Positions 54,335 through 64,000 of a DNA stretch of 64,000 nucleotides are shown here, piece after piece. Under the pieces are notes generated by a model. That model was not told the DNA's origin. It worked only from the letters and a program-made list of their open reading frames with translations, and searched no databases. Both the position numbers and the translations under genes were made by a program. The number at the start of each line of letters is the position of its first letter. Position 1 is the first letter of the stretch. The DNA is from an uncultured Solirubrobacteraceae bacterium (GTDB lineage: Bacteria; Actinomycetota; Thermoleophilia; Solirubrobacterales; Solirubrobacteraceae): assembly GCA_963755275.1 (NCBI GenBank), contig CAVWJU010000003.1, positions 236,561 to 300,560 of the forward strand, written 5' to 3'.

Positions 54335-57234
54335 ATGACACCTGAGCGATGGCGGCAGGTCGAGGAAATCGTTCACGCAGCGCTTTCGCGCGGCGAGAGC
54401 GAGCGACCGGCCTTTCTCGCTCAGAAGTGTGCAGGCGACGAGGCGCTGAGAGGCGAGGTCGAGTCGCTGCTGGCACAACAGGCCTCGGCGACGGGATTTC
54501 TGGAGGATCCGCTGGTGGCCGGAGCGCTGCTGGCCGGCGAGACTGGCGCATCGATCACTCACCGGCCGGCGCCTTGGCGGCTACGAGGTTCACGCGCGCA
54601 TCGGCGTCGGCGGTATGGGCGAGGTCTACCGCGCGCGCGACACGAAGTTGGGCCGCGACGTCGCAATCAAGATTCTTCCGAGCGCCGTCAGCAGCGATCC
54701 CGATCGGCTGGCGCGGTTCGAACGCGAAGCCCGCGTCCTCGCGTCCCTCAATCATCCCCACATCGGCGCCATCTACGGGTTGGAAGACGCTGATGGATTA
54801 CGAGCGCTGGTGCTCGAGCTGGTCGAGCGGTGAGACCCTGGCTGACCGCATCGCGCGTGGTCCCATACGTCTGAATGAAACTCTGCACCATTGCGCGGCA
54901 GATAGCGGATGCGCTCGAAGCCGCTCACGAGAAGGGGATCGTCCACCGCGACCTGAAACCGGCGAATATCAAGATCACGTCCGACGGCGTCGTCAAAGTG
55001 CTCGACTTTGGCTTAGCGAGAGTCGGCGACCGGCGACGTTGGCACGACCGACTTGACGCAGTCCCCGACGATAACGGTCGGCGGCACGCGGGAAGGGTCA
55101 TCCTCGGCACGGCGTCGTACATGAGCCCCGAACAGGCGAGGGGCCGGCCGGCTGACAAGCGTGCGGACGTGTGGGCGTTCGGGATCGTGCTCTACGAGAT
55201 GCTGACCGGCCGCGCCGCCTTCGAGGGTGACACGATTTCAGACGTGATCGCGAAAGTGATCGAGCGCGAGCCGGATTGGTCGGCGCTTCCAGCCTCGACG
55301 CCTCCCCGCCTCCGTGAGCTGTTGCACCGATGCGCGAGGAAGGATCCGAAGGCGCGGCTCCAGGCGATCGGAGACGCGCGCGTTCAGATCGACGAGCTGA
55401 TCGGCGGCGCGACCGGAGGAAACCGCCACGGCCGTCGCCACGCAGCCGCGCGTACAGCGACAGTGCGCGCTTCGCATGGATCGTCGCGACGCTGTCGCTC
55501 GCGATCGCTGCGGCGCTGTCAGTCCCCGCCACGCTGTACTTCCGTCGCGTGGTTCCCGAGCCAGTCCTTACGCGCTTCGAGATTGCCACGCCGCCGACGA
55601 GCGACCCGGTATCGTTCGCGCTGTCGGCCGACGGCCGCCAGTTGGCGTTCGTCGCAACGGCCGAGGGCACGCCGCGGCTCTGGGTGCGGCCGCTCGACCA
55701 GGTGACGGCGCGGCCGCTCGCGGGCACCGAGGGAGCCCGCTATCCGTTCTGGAAGCCGGATGGCCGCGCGATTGGGTTTTTTGCCGACGGCAAGCTGAAG
55801 ACGATCGATTTGGGAAGCGTCGAATCGCACGTGGTGGCGGACGCGCCGGCTGGCCGCGGTGGCACGTGGAACCACGACGGCGTCATCGTGTTCGCCCCAG
55901 CGGGCTTCGGGGTCCTGCTGCGCGTGATGGCCACGGGAGGGACGCCGGTGCCCGTGACGCAGCTTCCGTGCCGGCGTCGGGAGCCATCGCTTCCCGCAGT
56001 TTCTCCCGGATGGGCGCCATTTCCTCTTTTTGGGTGGGACCGGACAGCGGAGCAGGGCAGGACATGTACGTTGGGTCGCTCGACGGCGGCGAGTCGAAAC
56101 GCCTACGCGCAGCACGATCGGTAGCCGTGTATGCGCCGCCCGCCTCGCTGCTGTGGGTGGAGGAGGGGGTGCTCGTCGCGCAGCGCTTCGACCCGGCGCG
56201 CGCGGTGGTCAGCGGCGAGCCGATCCCCGTGGTCCAGGACGTCGGATTGGACGAGGCCGTGTACCGCGGGCGCGTTTGCGGTGTCGGCGACCGGCGTGCT
56301 CGCGCATCGGACCGGCGTGGGAGAACGGCGTCAACTCACCTGGGTCGATCGCGCAGGCGTCGCGCGGGGCACCGTCGGGCCGCCCGATGAGACCGGGCTC
56401 AGCGGTCCTGAATTGGCGCCCGATGGCCAGCGCGTTGCGGTGATGCGCACCGTGCGAGGGAATACGGACGTGTGGCTGATCGACACTGGCCGTGACGTGT
56501 CAAGCCGCTTTACGTTCGACCCGGGCCTCGACGGCGCTTCCTCTGTGGTCTTCGGATGGGACCCGCGTCGTGTTTCAGTTCACGCGCGCAACGGCCGTCA
56601 GACCTGTTCGAGAAAGCGGCAAGTGGCGCTGGCGACGAGCGACCCCTGCTGACGTCGGAGGAACCCAAGACGGCGCTGGACTGGTCGCGTGACGGGCAGT
56701 GGCTGCTCTACAATACTCGCCATCCGAAGACAGGGTTGGACCTCTGGGCCGCGCCGATGGCCGGCGACCGCAAGCCGGTCCCGGTCGTGCAGACGCCCTT
56801 CGACGAGACGGCGGGGCAATTCTCCCCCGACGGGCGGTGGGTGGCGTATCAGTCGAACGAATCCAGGCCAGTGCAGATTTACATCCGACCGTTTCCGGGG
56901 CCCGGCGGCCCGAGGCAGGTGACGACGGCGGGCGGGAGCCAGCCGCGATGGCGGCCCGACGGGAAGGAATTGTTCTATGTCGGGCTCGACGGCCGCTTGA
57001 TGGCAGTGCCGATCGCGGTTGGAGCGGACCGACAGCTGGAGACCGGCACGGCGGTGGCGCTCTTTCGGACGCAACTCGCCACCGGCGCGAACATCAACTC
57101 CGGCGGTGACAGGGTCGAAGGCGCAGTACGCAGTTGCCCGCGACGGCCGCTTTCTGATGAACGTGACCGTCGAGGCGGCGACCGCGACACCCATCACGGT
57201 CGTCCTCAACTGGGACGCGGCGTTGAAGAAGTAA
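54335..57234 (+). CDS. Ser/Thr protein kinase with TM helix and TolB/WD40-like propeller, frameshifted
   Basis: [54 protein letters not shown], terminal VVLNW. Confidence 0.92.
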
Positions 57235-57235
57235 C

Positions 57236-57891
57236 TCACCATGAGCACCGATTCTCCTTACCGCTGGCGACGAGCGCCGTCGGTTCCATCAACATCGTAC
57301 GGATGCTGCGGGCCTGCGTCTTGTCAAAGCTCGAGAGCTGCATGGCGTGCACGTCCACGTTGCAGCGCGCATGATGCCGCTGCGGGAATGGCTATTCGTC
57401 CGCAGCACGAGATGGCCGACTTCGTGCGCGATGACCGTCACCGAGCGGGATCGCGAAGATCTGGGGGCGCCGGGCATCGCCGCGATGCGGTCGCAGAAGA
57501 TGTAGCGCGCGCCCGCTGGGGAGGTGCGCCTGGCCGAGCACGTTGTCCGCGATGCCCTCTGCTGAGATTTTCTTCTCGGTCATCTCGCGCGAGAGCAGCA
57601 GCACCGTGAGATGGAGCCGGCCGTCCTGATGCGTTCTCGACGGCTGCCCTGCGCTATCGACCCATACGATGCGGACGCCGATGACCGTCGTAGATCCTCG
57701 CGACGCGAGCCATGGCTTCGTCCAGGACGTCGCGCGACACGGCCGCGTAGTTGACGACGTGCAGCACGATCGTCGCTTCACGCTGGTCAGTCGCGGCGAC
57801 TTGCCCGGTCTGGGCGCGTTGCCCGCCCCGCCACCAACATGGCGAGAACCCCCATCAGAACCACGGTCGCCTTTCGTCCTGTCTTCGTCAT
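57236..57891 (-). CDS. Secreted hypothetical protein with HExxH zincin-like motif, frameshifted
   Basis: Signal-like N-terminus; VIAHEVGHLVLRTNSHSRSGIMRA. Confidence 0.6.
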
Positions 57892-57977
57892 CGCCCTTCC
57901 TCCTCGGGCTATGGAGGCGGGAAAACCGATCGGAAAGGGCCACGGGGCGTAAAATGCCTGCCGGACTGCGGTTTCCG

Positions 57978-58557
57978 ATGCGCTGTTCCGTCAACGTGCT
58001 CAGGTGACCAACCTGCTCCTCGCGTGGGGCAACGGCGACGAAGTAGCTTTCGAGCAGCTCGTCCCGCTGGTCCACGCGGAGCTGCGCCGTATCGCCCGGC
58101 GGCAGATGGGCCACGAGCGCGTCGGACATACGCTGCAGCCCACTGCGCTCGTCAACGAGGCCTACCTCAAGCTCATCGATATCCGGCAGGTGCAGGCTGG
58201 CAGGACCGCGCGCACTTCTTCGCCATGTCCTCGCGCGTGATGCGGCGAGTCCTGGTGGACTGCGCACGCGCGCGCGGTTACCAGAAGCGTGGAGCCGGGG
58301 CGCAGAAGGTCACGCTCGACGAAGGACGTGTGGGCAGTGCGGAACCCGCCGCTGACGTGCTCGCCCTCGATGACGCGCTCGAAGCCCTGGCAGCGATCGA
58401 TCCGCGCAAAGAGCAGGTCGTGGAAATGCGTTATTTCGGAGGATTGAGCATCGAGGAAACGGCCGAGGCACTCGGCGTTTCAGTGCGCACGGTAAAACGC
58501 GACTGGACGATGGCGAAACTGTGGCTGCGCAGGGAGCTGAAGAAATCCGGGGATTAG
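57978..58557 (+). CDS. ECF sigma factor, kinase-associated type (TIGR02999-like), frameshifted; start approximate
   Basis: VTNLLLAWGNGD, HTLQPTALVNEAYLKL, VVEMRYFGGLSIEETAEALGVSVRTVKRDW. Confidence 0.9.
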
Positions 58558-58569
58558 TTTTCGAGTACC

Positions 58570-59256
58570 ATGCGCGTCATCATGCGCATGTTCAGCCTCA
58601 CCATCACGCTCGCCACACTCGCCGCCTTGCCCGCAGTCGCGCAGGTCAAGGATCCGGTCGCGCCGGCGATGACCGCCGAACAGATCAAGGCAAGCGAATC
58701 GCTCGCGCCGAAGTTCGACGAGTCCGCGGCCAGAGAAAAAGCCCGGCTGGAAACGTTCGCCAATCGCCCGCTCGGCGGCGTGATTCAGCGGTCGTTCAAC
58801 GTGTTCGCGAATTATCTGGTGATGGCCGCGGAGATGATGCCGGAGGCGAGCTACGGCTTCCGCCCGACGCCCGACGTGCGCACGTTCGGCGAGCAGATCA
58901 ATCACGCCGCCGGCGCGCACTATTCGTTCTGTAATCAGGCAGGGCTGCCTCCCGGAGTGCAGAAGCAGGCGGCGCCGAATCTGAGGACGGTCACGGCAAA
59001 GCCGGCGATTATCGCCGCGTTGAAAGAATCGATCGCCTATTGCGATCGCGTCCTCGCCGCGGCGACGGAATCGTGGCTGATGGAAACCGCGCCTGGCCTC
59101 GGCGGCTCATCGAGCGGCCTCGTCACCGGCATACGCGCGCACAGCTTTATTTACGGCACGGTCCACAGCGCGGAAGACTACGGAACCATCACCACCTATC
59201 TGCGCATGCAGGGGGTCGTTCCGCCGTCCACCGCGCTCCACCCACCTAGTCGGTAG
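58570..59256 (+). CDS. Secreted DinB-family protein
   Basis: AAEMMPEASYGFRPTPDVRTFGEQINH, HSAEDYG..TYLRMQGVVPPS. Confidence 0.8.
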   Translation: MRVIMRMFSLTITLATLAALPAVAQVKDPVAPAMTAEQIKASESLAPKFDESAAREKARLETFANRPLGGVIQRSFNVFANYLVMAAEMMPEASYGFRPTPDVRTFGEQINHAAGAHYSFCNQAGLPPGVQKQAAPNLRTVTAKPAIIAALKESIAYCDRVLAAATESWLMETAPGLGGSSSGLVTGIRAHSFIYGTVHSAEDYGTITTYLRMQGVVPPSTALHPPSR

Positions 59257-59310
59257 CCGGTAGCCAGTAGCCGGTAGCTGCTGGTAGCCGAGAGCCAGTA
59301 GCCGCTAGCT
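59247..59310 (+). repeat. Heptamer tandem array (TAGCCRG)n
   Basis: tagtcgg tagccgg tagccag tagccgg tagctg...tagccga gagccag tagccgc tagc. Confidence 0.8.
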
Positions 59311-59317
59311 ACTGTCT

Positions 59318-60661
59318 CTATCGCTCGGCGTCGTCGTCGTCCTGCCCCACAGCTTCGGGCGCGGTGAAATCGTCGTCTTCGTATTCGCCGGCGAGCAGTA
59401 TCGGACCTTCGCCAGTGTCCGAGCGCAGGAAATATTTGAATACCCATCTCGCGACGCGCATGCCGCATTCCCGCCCGGCTTCGTCTGCAAACCGGAAATG
59501 GATCCCCTCGTAGACGCGCGCATCCACGACGTCGTCGGCCGCCTCTGAGAAAGCGAGATAGTCGCGAACGTTACCCGTCCCCGCGCCGATCATCGAAAAC
59601 GGCACCCGGTCGGTTCCGAAGAACATCCTCAACATTTCGGTGGCGGCGCCGGAGAGGCTGTTCGCGCCTGACGTGTAGTCAGGGTAGTTGGGTGTCGCGA
59701 TGAAGGGCTGCCAGGACGGGTCGCCCTCGGTCTCGCCGTTGCCGTCGCTGTTACCAAGCTGAATCGCGGTAATCGGCCGCCACAAATTGTATTGCGTCTT
59801 CGCCAGCCAGGACGTCATCACCGCGTCGGCCATGGCCATATTGACGAGGGCAAACATCCGCGCGCTGTCGCCGATGTCGCGAAGGTTTCTGTCCGTGATT
59901 CCTCGCAGCGTGCGGTTCCAATAGAGCACAGCGTTGTCGGAATAGAACACCGCAATGGCCGTCTGCTCCGGCGTGCGTGTGGAACTGGTGTTCCGGCCGA
60001 GCTCTTTTACCTCGTTGTAGTCGGCGGTGTACCGGCTGCTCGTTATGCGCGGCGGCTGCGATGCGAACATATGCGACTGGTGGCGCACCGCAAACGTTCG
60101 CATGGTTCCCATCCATGGCGTCGTCATGGAGATCGGCTCCGGCGGCGTCGTCGTCGTGAACGACGTGGGCCGCCACTCGCCTACGCCCATCCCTCCCATG
60201 AACACGGGCGCGGGCACCGGGTAGCTGCCGTCGTTCCGGCAAATCTCGATGATCGCCGCCGCAGCCTGCGCGCCGGCGGCGATGCCGGGATCGTTGCCGG
60301 CGATCTGATGCGCCGTGAGATATGCCTGATAGCGGGCGTCGAGCGCCGCCGTCTGAGGTGGAAAACGATTGACCAGCACGTCGCGCGCGGCCTTCGCGGC
60401 CGCGCCGATTTCGGAGCCCGACGTCCGCGCTATTCCACTCGCATAGGTTTCGTACCGATGCTGAATAGCCTGAACCGCGTCGTGCATCGCGATGTGCACC
60501 ATCGCGAAATCAATGACGCGCGCCGGAGCCGCCGGACCTGCGGCAAGGATGGTGTCGTTCGTAATCAGATTCCAGTCGGTAACGACGTCAGCACGGGCCG
60601 GGACCGCAGAGGCCAGGAAAAAACATACGAAGACGCCGACGAGCCGCAGGACGACAGTCAT
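59318..60661 (-). CDS. Secreted vanadium-dependent haloperoxidase/PAP2-family protein
   Basis: DVVTDWN, AMVHIAMHDAV, KTQYNLWRP, PNYPDYTSG, ARVYEGIHF. Confidence 0.85.
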   Translation of the reverse strand: MTVVLRLVGVFVCFFLASAVPARADVVTDWNLITNDTILAAGPAAPARVIDFAMVHIAMHDAVQAIQHRYETYASGIARTSGSEIGAAAKAARDVLVNRFPPQTAALDARYQAYLTAHQIAGNDPGIAAGAQAAAAIIEICRNDGSYPVPAPVFMGGMGVGEWRPTSFTTTTPPEPISMTTPWMGTMRTFAVRHQSHMFASQPPRITSSRYTADYNEVKELGRNTSSTRTPEQTAIAVFYSDNAVLYWNRTLRGITDRNLRDIGDSARMFALVNMAMADAVMTSWLAKTQYNLWRPITAIQLGNSDGNGETEGDPSWQPFIATPNYPDYTSGANSLSGAATEMLRMFFGTDRVPFSMIGAGTGNVRDYLAFSEAADDVVDARVYEGIHFRFADEAGRECGMRVARWVFKYFLRSDTGEGPILLAGEYEDDDFTAPEAVGQDDDDAER

Positions 60662-60750
60662 GTCTGTGCTCCTTTTAGCGCCGAGCCAACGATTGTGAGG
60701 AAAAAGAGAGGGCACGATACGCCCTAACGTGGGGCAAAAACAAGCGCAAA

Positions 60751-60802
60751 CTACTGGCTAACTAGCCGGTAGCCAGTAGCCAGTAGCCGGTAGCTGGTAG
60801 TC
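60751..60802 (+). repeat. Heptamer tandem array (TAGCCRG)n with an inverted unit
   Basis: ctactggcta ac tagccgg tagccag tagccag tagccgg tagctgg tagtc. Confidence 0.8.
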
Positions 60803-60805
60803 AGA

Positions 60806-62900
60806 TTACGGAAGGCGAAAGGCGATCAGCTCTCCGCTGTGCCCGGCGCCGCTGATCGCCACGACGAGATATTGCCGTCCGTTGACAATGTAGGTCATCG
60901 GCGATCCCGTTTGCGGCGCGGGCATGTAGACGGCGCCCACTTCCGCTCCGGTCGCCTTGTTGTACGCTCGCAACATCGAGCCGCGCGCACCGGTCGGCGT
61001 CGGTCCGAAGCCGGCTTCTCCCGAAATCACCAGCGTCTTCGTCGTCAGGGAGCCGACAACGCCGGGACGTCCCGTGCGCGGGATGTTGAGCCCTTTGAGC
61101 GCGGCGTGATTCTTAATCGCGTCCGGCGTTTCACCGTGAGCCACCTGCCACAGGATTTCTCCCTTCGCGAGATCGATCGCGGTGATCTGCCCGTATGGCG
61201 GTTTCATGATTGGCAGCCCCTGCACGTTGAGGCCCGGCGCACCGCCGCCCCCCTCACCCGCCGGCGCTGCCGCTGCTGCCGCCGCCGGAGTGCCAGGCGC
61301 GACGGCTCTGTCTCCACCTGCCGCCGATCCCGTGCCGCCAGTCGTCCGTGCGCCTGTCAGTGCGTTGCCCACCACGTACGCGAGATCGTTGCGCGACGGA
61401 TCGCGAGGCGGAACGAGGCCGAGCTGGCTCACCGACTTCTGCGAGTTGACGTAGAGAATGCTGGTCTCCGGGTCGTAGGAACCGCCCGGCCAGTTGGTGC
61501 CGCCGCCCGCGGCTGCGAGCGTCAGCGTCGCCAGCGGACCTTCCGCCTTGCTGACGACCGGCGGTGTGAAGATGGGACCGTATTTTGTAGCGCGAAATGA
61601 TCTTGCGGCCTTCGGCACGCAGCTCGGGCGTGAAGTCGATGAGATCGTTCTCGACGAACCCCTGGGAGTCGTAGTTGAACGGCTGGCCGCGTCCGTTCAA
61701 CGGAAACGGCTGCGTCGCCGCATACCATTCTCCCGGCACGTCCCCCTTTGGCACCGGCCGCTCTTCGATCGGCCACAGCGGCTGACCCGTGACGCGATCG
61801 AACACATACATGAACGCCTGCTTCGTCGGCTGCGCGACAGCTTTGATGATCTTGCCGTCGCGGCGAATGTCCACGAGGATGGGCGCGCACGGGATGTCGT
61901 GGTCCCAGATGCCATGATGCACGAGCTGGTAGTGCCACTTCCGCTTGCCGGTCTGCAGATCGACAGCCACGAGGCTTTCAGCGAAGAGATTGTTCCCCGG
62001 GCGATCGGCGCCGAAATAATCTCCGGTGGCGCTCTCGACCGGCAGGTAGGCGATGCCCAGCTCGGGATCGATGCTGATCTGACCCCACGCGCCGGTGTTT
62101 CCCGTATACGACCACGAGTCTTTGAGCCACGTGTCGTTCCCGAACTCGCCGGGCGACGGAATGGTGTGGAAGATCCACAACCGCTTGCCGGTGCGCACGT
62201 CGAACCCGCGGATGTACCCCTTCACGTTGGTCTTGCCCGTCGGCACACCTCCCGAGCGATGGGCGGCGCCGACCACCACGACGTTGCCGGCGACCATCGG
62301 AGTGGCGTGCAACCCGATCTCGGTCGACATCGGATCGATCACCTGATCGTTGTTCTGCTTCAGATCGACGATGCCGTCATCGCCGAAGCCTGGCACGCGC
62401 CTGCCGGTCTTGGCGTCGAGCGCGATGAGCCGGTAGCCAGGCGTCACGTAGAAGATCCGTTCTTCTTTGCCGTCGGTCCAATACGAGAGACCCCGGCCCG
62501 ACAACTGCCGCGGCCCCGCGGCCCCTCTCGGGCCTTCGCGCTCGCTGTGCATCCACAGCTGCTCTCCGGTCTCCGGATCCAGCGCCGCGACGGCGCGGCG
62601 GCTGCCGGCCGTCGTGAACAGCACGCCGTTGGCCATGACCGGCGTCGATTCGAACATGAACTCGGGGCGCGGGCCGAGGTGATCGGTCTTGAATCGCCAC
62701 GCAACCGTCAACTTGCCGAAGTTTTCGCCGTTGATCTGATCGAGCGGCGAGTACCGCGTATGCCCCGGATCGCCGCCATACGCGCGCCACTCCCCCGCCG
62801 GGTTGCTGGCACTGCTTTGTCCCCGCAGCGTGATTCCACTCGACGCGCACACGAGCGCCGCCGCCAGGACTGCGGCTCGGCTCCAAATCGATCGGGTCAT
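60806..62900 (-). CDS. PQQ-dependent quinoprotein (glucose dehydrogenase family), frameshifted
   Basis: RYSPLDQIN, RGLSYW, RGFDVRTGK, HHGIWDHD, GGTNWPG, KPPYG, PMTY..GRQY. Confidence 0.9.
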
Positions 62901-63868
62901 TTTTTATCTCCCGTTTCTGGTGGTGCGAAGATGACGTTGACCGTGATGTTCTGGCGCGTGACGCGCACGTCCGGCGCCGACGACCTCTTTTTTTGATCCG
63001 GGGGCCCCTTCCCCCCGGTCCCCTTGATCGGCGCGCTTGCATACTCGATCCGATAGCTCATCGCCGATTCCGCCTGCACTTCGTCGATGATCCCCGCCAG
63101 CCGCTGCAGGGCTTCGCGAAGACCGCTCGTCGAGTTGAAAGCGTGCGCGCCCCCCGTGTCGCGCGCTATCAGGAGGCTCACCGGAAGCTCGGTGAGATTG
63201 CCCTGCTTGAAAGCCTGGCCGGTGAGCGGCACATTGAGCCTGATCGCGTGCTGCACGCCGCCGCGCGAGGCGAAATGATCGACGATGTGCTTCACTTCCT
63301 GCGGATTGATCTCGCCGGTCGATTCGAAGCCCTCTGCCGTAATCACGACGAAGATCGGACGATGATCCGTCGTCTGCGCGAACCGGTGGAAGGCGTCGTC
63401 GATGTGTTTGTGCATGCGGTTGGCGCCTGAGAGACCAAACATGTTGCCCAGCGCGTCGCGCACGGCCTTGCGATCGAGCGTCGGCCGCACCCGTATCTGC
63501 ATGGTGCCCGCGACCGTCAGCAGCATGATCTCGTGTTCGGGATCGAGCGCGTCGACGAAATCGGTGAGCGCGGTCCGCACCTGTCCGATCTGCTGGCGCA
63601 GGTATTCGGTGTTGTCGACGATGAGAATCACGCGCGCGGGGCGGCGGGTCAGTTCAACCTTGGTTATCTCGCGCCGCTCGCCTCCCTCGAGAAGCTCGAA
63701 CTCCTCTGGTTTGAGATCGAACACGGCGTTGCCGGTGGCCGCCGTGGCGTCGACGAACACCCGGTGCGGCGATGTCTGGCCGTAGGCGGAAGCCGGAAGC
63801 GAAGACGCCGTGAACACGAGCACGGTCAACGCGGAAACGCCGAGACGCAGGCCTGGCGCGAGAGACAT
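62897..63868 (-). CDS. VWA-domain protein (acidobacterial VWFA-related)
   Basis: DLKPEEFELLEGG, VILIVDNT, FVVITAEG, ARDTGG, VRVTRQNITV. Confidence 0.7.
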   Translation of the reverse strand: MSLAPGLRLGVSALTVLVFTASSLPASAYGQTSPHRVFVDATAATGNAVFDLKPEEFELLEGGERREITKVELTRRPARVILIVDNTEYLRQQIGQVRTALTDFVDALDPEHEIMLLTVAGTMQIRVRPTLDRKAVRDALGNMFGLSGANRMHKHIDDAFHRFAQTTDHRPIFVVITAEGFESTGEINPQEVKHIVDHFASRGGVQHAIRLNVPLTGQAFKQGNLTELPVSLLIARDTGGAHAFNSTSGLREALQRLAGIIDEVQAESAMSYRIEYASAPIKGTGGKGPPDQKKRSSAPDVRVTRQNITVNVIFAPPETGDKK

Positions 63869-63967
63869 CGATTGTATGGAACTCGACGCGGATTATAAGG
63901 TGGCCGGCACGAGCCGACCCCGAGGATTCTGCCTGACTCCCAAGGACTCCTCAACAAACCCCAGTCC

Positions 63968-63976
63968 TGCTATAAT
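63968..63976 (+). promoter_or_regulatory. Extended -10 promoter element for a gene beyond the window
   Basis: TGCTATAAT (TGnTATAAT) at the end of the window. Confidence 0.45.
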
Positions 63977-64000
63977 TTGCGACTCTCAAATCCCAGACGG

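Noticed and set aside
29114-64000. Horizontally acquired genomic island
   Set aside because: It contains core diderm housekeeping genes (lpxC, uvrA) with no integrase, tRNA or att site; a chimera is more parsimonious.
1-64000. tRNA, rRNA, transposase, integrase or prophage genes
   Set aside because: None recognisable by eye; tRNAscan-SE and Infernal would be needed to exclude small RNAs.

Overview
This window looks like two unrelated genomes joined at about nt 29,114. The left ~29 kb is extremely GC-rich by eye and actinobacterial in gene content (Solirubrobacterales/Thermoleophilia-like is my inference). It carries a kynureninase operon, an ECF sigma factor with a fused zinc anti-sigma motif, a PLP decarboxylase, sucCD, NfeD/stomatin, MocR and LacI regulators, an MFS transporter, an acyl-CoA carboxylase, an M20 peptidase and a secreted metallophosphoesterase. 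The right ~35 kb is less GC-rich and belongs to a diderm with Acidobacteriota hallmarks (Vicinamibacteria-like is my inference). It carries lpxC, uvrA, an Oar-like TonB-dependent receptor, an ADOP permease, vapBC, a Ser/Thr kinase-ECF pair, PQQ dehydrogenases, a vanadium haloperoxidase-like protein and a VWA protein. Many genes contain single-base indels typical of uncorrected long reads, so many boundaries were reconstructed across frames. The best candidate for an undescribed system is 19,734-22,751 (-): a ClpA/C-type double-AAA+ ATPase that keeps the ClpP-docking IGF loop and is fused to a release factor 2-like module lacking the GGQ domain and the SPF stop-codon motif. I infer it may be a ribosome-docking protease adaptor or quality-control factor. 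Other notable items are a shared ATAATCGATTAT palindrome upstream of three sugar-catabolism loci, a 5-copy tandem amplification of a MocR 3' end, REP/MITE-like palindromes, and heptamer arrays including a G-quadruplex-forming insert in uvrA. All alignments were done by eye; no database searches were run.
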